In this document: positions 33,554-43,741 of the stretch, in pieces | How positions within the stretch are numbered: the first letter of the stretch is position 1 | Layout of the letters: each line of letters starts with the position of its first letter | Origin: Naegleria gruberi | Lineage: Eukaryota | Length of the DNA: 64,000 nt | NCBI GenBank assembly: GCA_000004985.1 | Contig: GG738857.1 | Direction: 5' to 3' (one strand) | Notes under the pieces: generated by a model | Seen by the model: only the letters and a program-made list of their open reading frames with translations | The model's database searches: none | What the model was told of the DNA's origin: nothing | Translations under genes and position numbers: made by a program

Positions 33554-36548
33554 TTACACATCATTTAAAACATCAAAGAATGAAATCTCCTGATTATACG
33601 AGTTTGTTGAAGCTCTTCTATCTGCAGATGGAGAGAGAGGAGTGTTACTTCCACCTAATTCCAAACTAGTATTATTCAAACTCGTTCCAAGAGGAGATGG
33701 GCTAATTAGTGAGCCACCACTTCCAATTGAACCAGCCAAAGTTTGTGCTGTGCTTAATAAATCGGTGGTTGGTGTATTGGCTTTGTCACTTCCAACACTC
33801 ATAGTTCTTCTCAATTCTCTCATTCTAATTTCACCAAAGAGAACACATCCATCAATCGGTTTGGCATATTGATTGAGCATTGGAATACTTCTGCAACCTT
33901 TCTTTAATTGACGAACTGGAAGATAATTTTCACATAAAAATTCATTCGCAGTCTTGTTCTTGTCATAAACTGAAATACGAATTACAGCCAACTCTGGACA
34001 GGTAATGCTAAAGGCAAATCTCTTGTTAAAAACTGGATTGAAACCATTGTCAGTTACACTTTCTGACTTTTCATCATATTCATCTTGTGGAATACCTAAT
34101 ACTTGAAGTCTGACAAATGGATCAACAATTTCTCCCTTATCACTCATACCTGGTTTTGGCAATTGTTCTCCACAAACAACCTTTCCAATAAAATATTCCA
34201 GTAATTTCATTCAATTATTTAAAATATAAAGTTAATAATAAAAATAAAGAATAGAAACTCACTGTAAAAACAACAGATAATACTGGTGAAGTTCCAGCAG
34301 AGAATGGACTTGGAATGCCCTCTAAACGTAAAAAGTCAGGTTTTACAACATAGCCACATTTTCCATTCTCCTCGAATAAAACTTCGTTAAATCTCATATG
34401 TTCATCATAGGTCTGATAATTGAGAGCAACCATTTGACAACCAGTGGCCCAGCCCAACATTGGATTGTAATTACTTGATGAAATTCTGGTACCTCTTGGA
34501 TAGGTTCTAGAGATGTGATTCTTATTATACTTGACAAGGGCTTCTGGATCCTTCTTTAGGAGCTTTTCCAATTTACCTTCAGAGAAGCTGTGCATTTTCC
34601 AACATGGCTCAGCAAACTCTCCATGGAATGAAACTGCACACAATGCAATTATATCTGAGAGACCTTTGGCAACTTTGGACTTTTTCTTTTCCTTCTTTGG
34701 TTTCTCCTTCGAGGAGGATGGAGTAGAGACAGCTTCGTCATCCTCATCGTCTTCCTCCTCATCGTCATCTTCATCAGTTCCACTGCACAATCTCTTACCT
34801 TTGAGAAGGATCTTTCTCCTCAATTCGTGAGGAGATGGATATGTCACAATATCTTCAGGTGGAGGCATGTACAAATCCTCTCCAAATATTTGGACCATAA
34901 TCTTGGCCATCATTTCTTGTTGTGGTTCACTGCAGTGAACTTCCAATGATAAAATTACAGGGTACTCTGACGCTTTGAAGGCATAGTCGTGAATAATTTG
35001 GACTACATCTCTGAATTTAATTTTAGAGACGAGAGTGTGACCATGGAAAATGATTGGTTCATCCTTACCATCCCAACAATCCAATTCGACACAACGACAG
35101 CCAGTCAACAGTACATCTCTATACTTTTCAACAGAGCTTTCTCCTTTCAATTGATGTCCTGTCAGGTAGGTATTGTGAGAAGATGAAATAAAGTAGTGAG
35201 ACAGTGGTAGAGTCATATCTTGATGTAATTTCTTAAATCCTGGTTTCAATATTGAGTTTGCTTGTGAAAATAAATATCTGGTAAAATCATAACTTGTCAA
35301 ACCCAATCCCATTTCTGTTTGAATGGCTCCATGATTTTGCATTAATTTTTCTGCATCTTCAACTGTTTTAATATCTTGATCATCTTGTTGGGAGAGAATA
35401 AACTCAAAGAATTGTTGAGAGAGTACTAATTGGTGTTTCTTTGAATATCTGGCAAAGATTGTACTTTCAATTTCAGGTCTTCTCATCATAGATTTGTAAA
35501 ATTCAACAAATTCTTGGTATTCAATATATCCACTTCCATCTGTATCAAATTGTTTGTATTTTTGTTTCATTGATTTACTTGACATGTCAATATTCAACTT
35601 TTGGCATAATTTTACAACTTCCTAATAATAGCAAAAATTGTTTAATACATTAAATAAAAAAATTGAATGTGAATAAAACTTACCTTGTAATCCAGTTGTC
35701 CATCATTATTCACGTCAGCTTTCATCCAATGTTTTAAAATCAACAACTTGGTTGGATCTCTATCATAACTAATTCTTGATTCTCTAATCAAGTAATTGAG
35801 TAAACAAATATTTTCATTAAATTCATTCAAACTCTCACACATGATATCAATTTGTTCATCCTTGGCACCATAAATAATTGTATATCCATGTTCCAATTGT
35901 GGTGACTCTATTTTTCTACCAAAATAACCTTTTGATTGAGTTTTTGCTGCTTTACCCATCATGTCACTACCACAAATTTGTTTAATATCTCGTAAAAACA
36001 CTATCAATATCAAATCATTAAATTTCAATTATTTTCATCAATATTACACATCATAATAATAAATAGTACGTGTTTGTTTTGATAATAACAGGTTTAAATA
36101 GTTTAGAATATTTCCTACATACCATGTACTTTAGTTTCCTTCTTTTTCGAATCCTTTACCTCTATAAAAGTTTCCTCATCATCCAATACAAAATAATGAT
36201 CCTTGAGTGTGGTAGCTTTCTTCTCAAGGGATGATTTTAACTTTCTTCCCGACTTGAATTCTTGTAAAATCTTGTTAATATAGGCTGGTTCAGCATATTG
36301 ATAGGTTTGTAGTAAATGTTGATCAATGCAAATCTGTTCACACAATTCACTATTATCACTTCCAACGTGGAAGCTCCACCTCGAGGTGAAGATTCATTAT
36401 TGTGATTTGTTGTTGTTATTGTTGTTGTTCTACTATTATTGATGATGGATGAGGTGATGATGGGTGGTTGTAGTGGTGAGGGTGATGAAGATAATGATGA
36501 TGAAGGCAAATCATCCAATGCTCCTGGGCTTGTTGGATAGGATGACAT
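33554..36548 (-). CDS. Phosphoinositide-specific phospholipase C (PH - EF hands - X - Y - C2)
   Basis: Minus-strand exons, 5' to 3':
- a low-complexity N-terminus (about 36548..36370) whose frame differs from the PH exon;
- the PH exon (about 36350..36123; [14 protein letters not shown]...[15 protein letters not shown]), with donor GTATGT;
- exon 35684..36000, with the canonical EF loop [11 protein letters not shown]|E split by intron 35622..35683 (donor GTAAGT);
- exon 34263..35621, with EF loop [12 protein letters not shown] and X-box [12 protein letters not shown]...VELDCWDG;
- the Y-box exon, after intron 34181..34262 (donor GTGAGT);
- the C2 exon 33554..34180. Confidence 0.8.
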
Positions 36549-36932
36549 TTTTTTCTAATTGTCAAATGTCGGAGCATGTTGCCAAATGGTTGTGTACCAG
36601 GTGGATACTCATTTGATATTTACACAACAAAGCGTTAATTGTTATTTCAATGAAATTCTTAACATCACTTATTTTCTACCTAACTTCATGTAACATTACA
36701 AGTTCATTCCGAAGCCTAAAATTCTAAATTTTAATGCCTAAAATTAAACAAGCTATTAATATCAATAAGAATAGACACGTTTTCCTTCCAATTTAATAGA
36801 TTCACCTTACTGATTCCATAACAAACGTACTCTATTTTAAATATCTTTGGAGCAATATCACGTTACCGGCAATCTCCTCTATTTAAATTGTGCTTTCACG
36901 TTTTGTTTTTTTAAATCTAAAAATAAAAAAAA

Positions 36933-37579
36933 TGTCTGTTACAAGTAACAGCAATAGTAGTAACGAGATGAAGGAAAATGCGGTTCTGCAGTTTGTTGTA
37001 CACGATGAACAGCAGCCATTATTATTAGGATTAGAATTGGATGGTAATACGAATGAATTGCTATCAATAATTAATAACATGATACCGAGAGAGGATGTAA
37101 ATGATGATCAGGATGAATTTTTAATATTTGATAATTTTGATTTTAATTTACAGTCGCCGAATAATTTGAATTCGAAAAGTGGAAATGATACCCTTATGAA
37201 TAATAGTGATTCTACTTTTAATGCTACAAATAATTATTTATTTAACAATGTGAGAGTAGAGGAAGGGAAGAACAATGAGGATGAATCTGATTTAATATTT
37301 CCCAAACAGTTATGTCTTCCAACTGGAATGACAATAATTTGCAACAATATGGAAGAGTATAAACTGTTTAGGACAATATGTAAGGATCAAGAGACTGGGG
37401 ATTTTATACCTATTGTACAGGAAACTAAACCACCACCATCAGTTCTCAAACGAATGGAAGAAAGAAGGAAGGAATTATCTTTAAGGAATAATCAAAATAA
37501 TCAAAATAATCAACATAATAGGGAGAGTCATTTAATGAATCGGGGTTGTGAAACCTCACAAGATGAAAAAGAAACTTGA
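36933..37579 (+). CDS. Hypothetical N/D-rich protein
   Basis: ORF 36890..37579 with an ATG at 36933 (MSVTSNSNSS...). Low complexity, no recognisable domain. Confidence 0.35.
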
Positions 37580-37977
37580 ACGAATGATTGGGTCAACTGT
37601 GTATGAAAAGGATTTTTTCGGGATGTAAAAGAATCGAGAAAATATTCCCACTCACTAGGTACTAAAATTTATCAGTCAGAGTAGTATCATCTGATTAGAT
37701 CTAGGCATGCTTGAAAGGAATTAGCAAAATTCTATTACAAAATTTGAATAGTTTTTTGTAAATAATAACAAGAATAAGCTCAAAATTATTCTTTTTATCC
37801 TTTTTTCTATTCTTTTAAAATATAATTTAAGGTTTACACAAGCAACACTACCAATAAATTGACCATCAACGTGGAAATGGTCCATGATCTGGTGGTTGTT
37901 TGAGTTCGTTGATAATCACAAAAATTACAAACCAAATTTTTATTGCTCTTATTAACATTTTTTTCAAAGAAGCCAGA

Positions 37978-38058
37978 GCAGACTTGGCCGAGAGGTTAAG
38001 GCGCGAGACTCGAAATCTCGTGGGGAAACCTTCGTAGGTTCGAATCCTGCAGTCTGCG
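37978..38058 (+). tRNA. tRNA-Ser (anticodon CGA), class II with long variable arm
   Basis: GCAGACTTGGCCGAGAGGTTAAGGCGCGAGACTCGAAATCTCGTGGGGAAACCTTCGTAGGTTCGAATCCTGCAGTCTGCG. Acceptor stem GCAGACT/AGTCTGC, anticodon loop CTCGAAA, T-loop GGTTCGAATCC. Confidence 0.85.
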
Positions 38059-38411
38059 ACTGACTTTTACTTTCTCCCAATATCAGCGATCTTTTCTCCC
38101 GTTGTTTAACTTTAAATACTTCAACTTTCTATATCTTCACATCCACAACTGTTATACTATCATATCTGAAAATATTACCTCTCTTCTCCAAGTAATTATC
38201 TAGAACGAGCTGTTCTAAACTGTCGATAGGTTTTTTAGCTTGAACTTTTCTTCGTCAAAGAGTTGGGACTATGCAGATGTGGAGAGTGTATGTGAAGAGA
38301 ATCTTGATAAATGTAATTATTGTGCTCATAGGAATGTTGAGCAAAAGTCTAGTTGTTATGTTTTTCTGCAAATATGAAATTGAAATTGCAAATAAAGTTC
38401 ATTAATAAAAA

Positions 38412-39353
38412 ATGTCGCAACTTGAAGACCCATCTTGATAAATTCTCTTCCCATAGAATTAATTTTGGATATTTATTCATTTTGCAATTTGGATGATTTA
38501 CGTAATTTAATGTTGTCTTTTTCACAATTTTATGAATTGTTGAAAAGTTCGGAAGCATATAGAGTGTGGATGATTCAATTACATCATCTCGATCTTATAC
38601 GAAACTCGAAAGAGAGAAAAACAAGGAAACAATTCAAGAATTTTTCCTTTTTGGAATTGAGTGATAATTTCGAAAGAGTTGGAAAGAATGGTTCCATTGA
38701 AAATAGAACGACAGTAATAATGAAGGTAATTCGTAAACAGTTACATTATTGTATTTTGAAGGAATTGGGTAGTGCAACTTTTTTAGAGAAATGCCATGAA
38801 AGACCAAGGTATTTGGAGGATTTTAGAGATTTGGTGATTGAAAAATTGACCAAAACTTGTGTCATTACATCGATGAATAGATATTTACTGGAATATGATC
38901 CATTCTATTTGTTTAAATATTCTAGTACAAGTACGATTGATCAGATCTTTTTGCAAACAGTTTGTAGATTTATGTTTTTGACAGAAAGTAGTTCTTTTGG
39001 AAGTGATAGTCCATTTCTCCAAACTTGGAAAAAAATGTCAAATAATCAATTGGAACCTAATGTTAAAATTTGGAAGGAAGTTTACCAGAAAAGGTTTTGC
39101 AAGAATACCAAAGCTTGTTTGTTGGCCTATTCAACTGCCTTATTATTTACATGACGGAGAATACAAGACAGCTAGTGAGTTGGTGAAAGAAGAGGGCAGA
39201 TTGAAATGGTTACCACGTTTCATTGAAGAGTTTGAATGTGGTGAAGAATTCAAAAATTTGACGAATCCAAACTGTGAGGAAGCATTAGGATACTGCCAAC
39301 ACTATTTCTACAAGTTCAATATCAATACTGGAAAAAGGCAGTACTTTTATTAA
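38412..39353 (+). CDS. F-box-like protein gene with two frame discontinuities (possible pseudogene or assembly indels)
   Basis: ATG 38412 (MSQLEDPS) hits a stop after 8 codons. The F-box ORF (LINSLPIELILDIYSFCNLDDLRNLML) runs in frame +2 from 38435 to 39154. A third frame carries the remainder (38997..39353) after an A7 run near 39024-39036. Confidence 0.4.
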
Positions 39354-39437
39354 CCTGAACAAAGGACTGATTCACTTGGAATATTTACTTAGTTTATCTT
39401 ATAAATAGTTCAATATTATGATTTTTGTATTGTGGTT

Positions 39438-39556
39438 GGCTACGGCCATATCACGATGAATGCACCTCATCCCGTCCGATTTGAGAAGTTAAGCATCGTC
39501 GAGCCACATCAGTACTGAGGTTGGAGACAACTTGGGAACCTGTGGTGCTGTAGTCT
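39438..39556 (+). rRNA. 5S ribosomal RNA gene followed by a Pol III T-run terminator
   Basis: GGCTACGGCCATATCACG...CATCCCGTCCGATTTGAGAAGTTAAGC...GAGGTTGGAGACAACTTGGGAACCTGTGGTGCTGTAGTC. Helix I pairs GGCTAC with GTAGTC. TTTTT follows at 39556..39560. Confidence 0.85.
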
Positions 39557-39730
39557 TTTTAGTGAGCTTTTTCAATTTCCTTTTGAACAATAATTCAATA
39601 GGACATTAATACAGTTGCTTAATAGTTTAAGCAAAGAGAGTATAATTTCCTGCGAAATAAGATTTATTGAACATTGTAGTTTTAATACTTTAATACGGAG
39701 AAAATCCCCTTAATTGTTTTTCAAAAAAAA

Positions 39731-40876
39731 ATGGCTGAAACACTATTGTTCTCAACTCATAACCAAGCTGTACGGAAGAATATTGAACATTGGAAAACTT
39801 ACATCCACAAAAAAACTAATTTCTTAAAGGAAAACAAACTTTTCTTTAAATCACGAATGTCTGAAAATATGGAACAACGAAGCAGATTATTATATGATGT
39901 TTTATCTCCCGAGCAAAGAGAAGAAATAATTATTGATAAGTTTGTTCTTGATTTGTTTCTGATATGGAATGTACAAGATTACTATGATGATCTTGAGAAA
40001 AGCTTTCAAGTTCCGTTTTTTTTGAATGACCATTTCGATAAATATACCATGTACAGCTTGCTGTTTTTTAGAAAGATATTGTTTGAATCTGATTCTTATA
40101 TGGAGGAATACATTAGAGAATACCCAAAGATAGCAATTTATTCTCCCATGTTCAAATGTTTTTCTAGTTTTGTAAAGGAAGAATATGACTTGAAGAGTAA
40201 GAGATCCTCAATGTTAAATCACATTCCCTTCTTGAATTTCATTATTAAGCTTTTTAATTCTATGGGAGTTGAAGTTAAGGTGAATGATTATTTAAGAGAT
40301 GAGAATGGAAATATCCTAGTCAATCAATTACTAGCAATTAGCTATGAACAATTTAATATGTGTGGAATAGTTTCAAATGACTTGTCAATAGAGAGTGAAG
40401 AGGAATGGAGAAACTGTATTTTCACTTCACACATAATGCAAAGAAAACAAACAAACTTCAAAAAAGGTAGTATGTTCTCTCTTTGTTTCATTATCCATGG
40501 TTGTAAAATTACTTTCTTTTGTTCACATCAACCTTATTCATTGGATTATTTCGTATTCAACAAGATTCAAACCTGGGACTTTTGCAATGTGGATCATCTT
40601 ATTGAAATAGTTGGATGCCTTTTCATGTTTATAAGTCTTTCGTGGATGAATTCAAAAACAAATCCTTTTGAATATAAAACTGGAGAGATTCTTTCTGCAA
40701 TGAACACTGTTGAACTTTATGAACAAAAACTAAAAGAAAAACAAAAATATGAACAGGAGAGACAACAGTATAGGATAATTAAGGAAAAGCATAGATTGTT
40801 AAAGAGAAAGGACAAAAAAATTAAGTTTACTGATAGTGTTATAGAGCAATTATTAAAATGTACAATTAATAAATAG
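39731..40876 (+). CDS. Hypothetical protein (381 aa, no recognised domain)
   Basis: Single long ORF in an AT-rich context where random ORFs are short. K/E-rich C-terminus. Confidence 0.45.
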   Translation: MAETLLFSTHNQAVRKNIEHWKTYIHKKTNFLKENKLFFKSRMSENMEQRSRLLYDVLSPEQREEIIIDKFVLDLFLIWNVQDYYDDLEKSFQVPFFLNDHFDKYTMYSLLFFRKILFESDSYMEEYIREYPKIAIYSPMFKCFSSFVKEEYDLKSKRSSMLNHIPFLNFIIKLFNSMGVEVKVNDYLRDENGNILVNQLLAISYEQFNMCGIVSNDLSIESEEEWRNCIFTSHIMQRKQTNFKKGSMFSLCFIIHGCKITFFCSHQPYSLDYFVFNKIQTWDFCNVDHLIEIVGCLFMFISLSWMNSKTNPFEYKTGEILSAMNTVELYEQKLKEKQKYEQERQQYRIIKEKHRLLKRKDKKIKFTDSVIEQLLKCTINK

Positions 40877-40991
40877 AATAACCAAAGTTTAAACACCTTC
40901 TGACCTAGATGTTGGTTAATTAAGAGATTTTAGGTTCCGATTTATTAAGATATTAAGACATTAGCATATTTTTATGAGGAATGAATAAGAT

Positions 40992-41063
40992 TCCCGTGTA
41001 GTCCAATGGCTAGGATACCTGGCTTTCACCCAGGAGGTCCGGGTTCAATTCCCGGCATGGGAG
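40992..41063 (+). tRNA. tRNA-Glu (anticodon TTC)
   Basis: TCCCGTGTAGTCCAATGGCTAGGATACCTGGCTTTCACCCAGGAGGTCCGGGTTCAATTCCCGGCATGGGAG. Anticodon loop CTTTCAC, T-loop GGTTCAATTCC, acceptor TCCCGTG/CATGGGA. Confidence 0.85.
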
Positions 41064-41707
41064 AATCATTTTGTTTATTATTCAAAAAACTAGTCTTAAT
41101 TCGTGATAGTTCCTGTTTGAGATTTTCGACCACAAGCTTAGGTCAGAAATTATTTCCTTCCAAACAATCCGATGGGATATCCTGTTGTTTTTCTTATCTA
41201 CCATTGACGCACTTGTCCCTTCTTCAATGAAACTGAATATTTTTAAAATTCTTACTTCATTCCAATAGAAATAGTTCTCATCTTCAACGCTTAGTGTTTT
41301 TAATTAAAAAATGAACAGTTCTAACTAATTTACTAGACTTGGGCTAGTTCCATTGTTTTCGTTTGTAAAAGCAAATGTCGAGATGTGGCCACATTTGACT
41401 CCTCAAAGAAATTCTTCGCTCAACAACAAATTCCATTTAACTTTTTTCGAATCGTAAAATAAATTAACAAAATAATCATGAAGTTAACAAGTATCTAAAA
41501 TAGTTTCTGACTACCATTCTAAACAAATAACTTTTCACAAGAATCATTTTCACATCATCAAGTACCCAATTACCCAACCAAAAAAAAATCATTCAATACC
41601 CTACCTCATCCTAGTCTGGTCAATTGATACGTATTGACGTTAATTTTCACAACAACACTCATCAACGCCTGTTTTCCATCAAAACTAATCAAAACTAATT
41701 CAAACTA

Positions 41708-43516
41708 ATGAGGAAAAAGTCTTCTGCTTCATCCCACCTGTATTATTTTCCGTTGAGTTGTGTAATTCTTGATGGTGCCACTAATTTATTGACCACCATT
41801 GTGGACTCGTTCTCTCAACAAGATTCCACATCTTCAGCAGCAACTGGAAATAACCAAACTTTCAATGATACTTCATCAAATTGTAGCTCGCCATCATTAA
41901 TGACCGTTGACAGTTCAATGACATTTACAGAATATCATGATGGAAGATCGTTCACTGTTCCATGTGTTTATGAACTGAGAGATCGTTTTCAGAGGTTTTT
42001 GAAAGAAACTTCAACTAGGAGAGCTGATGATTATCTCATCAAGTTGCATAAATTAATGTTTTTAGATGAATTTTATGATCCAACAAGGAATAGAAGAAAG
42101 AGAATTGAGAATTGTGAAACATTATTCAGAATGTGTGATCAATATTTGACATTGATTCATATTCAATCAAAAAATTCACTTTCCTTTTCATTATTAGATA
42201 CATTCCCATATTTGTATAACTTTGAAGAAATGCAAAAGATTCAACCTGACAATTCCATTTTGAAAAATCATGAATATTTGGTGAAATGGTTCAGAAAACA
42301 ATCTGAAAATTTAAAGAAATATTTGGCAGAGAAAGCTAATCAAGAAGTATTGAATGGTGGAGAATCCACTTCACCAGTTTCACCAGAGGAATCAACACAT
42401 GACCTAAATGAATCGATGGCTTCTCCAACATTGAGTGGATATATTAATTCTCCAACAAAATCCATACCTGGCATTGAGGAAAAACAAGCAGAACAATCGA
42501 AACTTGCCGATTATTTGGATGAAAATGAATTGAAAATGTTAACATACATGTTGAGTTCTGAATTGGAAGATTACTTTTCACTCTTCCAAAAGTCAAATGT
42601 TAAATACATGAAAAAGTGGTTGGAAAAGAATGTAAAAAGTTTGCCAAACTATATTATTGACACAATATCCAAAAAGAGAAAGAAATATTTACATTATCAT
42701 GAAAATTACAAATTGAGAGAAGAAGATTTGAATATGAAAACAATTCTCGACTCTGATTTTGAATTCATTCAATATTTAGCAGAACATACTGAAGATTGGA
42801 CAATAATGAATTCAGATTCTCCCATCATTCAAAGTTTCAAATCAAAAGAAAACTATTCGAAAATTCCAGATATGAAAATGCAAAAGTTCATTTCAAAAAT
42901 CAATTATTCCATTGAAAATGTCTTGAAAACAACTCTTTGTAACACAGATGAAATTGGTGAAAAGGATAACATGATTGAATGCTCTGAATATCATCACTAT
43001 ACTGAAATTGATCCTTCCGTTTCGAGTAGAAAATATTCTTCAGTCATTCAAACTTCAATTATGAATTATGGATCGATATTTAAGAAACGTTCATTGGAAA
43101 ATGTAATTTCATGTAGGGCAACGTTTTGTGGAGATGAAATACAAGATGCCATTCATCTCTACAAGACATGTTCCTATGTTTCTAATAAGAATGAAGATTC
43201 TAAAGCTCCTGTAAAGATAGTTATTGTTGGAGGGAGAATCTTTTCAAGAATCGATTCGAATAGAACAAAAGTAATTGATGTACGAATGTTCAATGTTGGT
43301 GGAATGTTTTTCAATTCAGATTTTGTAGTGCACAAACTTTCGTCCAAGAAAATGCTAGACGATACTTTGGAATATTTGGAAAAATCAATGAAGAAATCAG
43401 AAAAGGAAGGTTTCCCAATGCCACAATCTGATAAGCATTTTATTTGGAAAACTTTTGCAGATTATTGTAAAGTTCATTGTAAAGTAAATGTTGAATTGAA
43501 ATGGGAGAAAAACTAG
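41708..43516 (+). CDS. Novel-family protein, tandem paralog A (602 aa)
   Basis: Single ORF. Shares with the 43742..45613 gene the blocks HLYYFPLS..DG.T, FHDGRSFTVPC..ELRDRFQ, and an identical 94-aa core LHKLMFLDEFYDPTRNRRKRIENCETLFRMCDQYL...VKWFRKQSENLKKYL, plus a C-terminal ATFCGDEIQDAIHLYKTCSYVSNKNEDSKAP block. No known domain recognised. Confidence 0.65.
   Translation: MRKKSSASSHLYYFPLSCVILDGATNLLTTIVDSFSQQDSTSSAATGNNQTFNDTSSNCSSPSLMTVDSSMTFTEYHDGRSFTVPCVYELRDRFQRFLKETSTRRADDYLIKLHKLMFLDEFYDPTRNRRKRIENCETLFRMCDQYLTLIHIQSKNSLSFSLLDTFPYLYNFEEMQKIQPDNSILKNHEYLVKWFRKQSENLKKYLAEKANQEVLNGGESTSPVSPEESTHDLNESMASPTLSGYINSPTKSIPGIEEKQAEQSKLADYLDENELKMLTYMLSSELEDYFSLFQKSNVKYMKKWLEKNVKSLPNYIIDTISKKRKKYLHYHENYKLREEDLNMKTILDSDFEFIQYLAEHTEDWTIMNSDSPIIQSFKSKENYSKIPDMKMQKFISKINYSIENVLKTTLCNTDEIGEKDNMIECSEYHHYTEIDPSVSSRKYSSVIQTSIMNYGSIFKKRSLENVISCRATFCGDEIQDAIHLYKTCSYVSNKNEDSKAPVKIVIVGGRIFSRIDSNRTKVIDVRMFNVGGMFFNSDFVVHKLSSKKMLDDTLEYLEKSMKKSEKEGFPMPQSDKHFIWKTFADYCKVHCKVNVELKWEKN
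42044..42326 (+). repeat. 283-nt near-identical tract shared with 44153..44435 (gene-conversion tract between tandem paralogs)
   Basis: 5 mismatches in 283 nt, all synonymous. Flanking coding sequence is much more divergent. Confidence 0.8.
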
Positions 43517-43741
43517 ACAAATAAAAATTAACAGATCACACAATTTAACCAATAGTTGTTTAAAATGGAGGGAAATGTCCATAAATACTTGTTATCATCT
43601 CTTAAACGCATAAATACTATCACATGTCATTTGACTTTTGGCAAGTGTTTGATAAAATTAAGTTTAAAAAAAAATTAGTGAAAAACTAACACATATCCAA
43701 TAAGAGAATCATCTTTTAAAGGTGCGACACCCAATTCTTCA

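Noticed and set aside
35945-36001. Apparent compensating single-base discrepancies between my reading of the PLC exon and the supplied ORF translation
   Set aside because: Most likely my own hand-indexing error within a T-run. It affects coordinates by at most 1 nt and is not reported as a finding.
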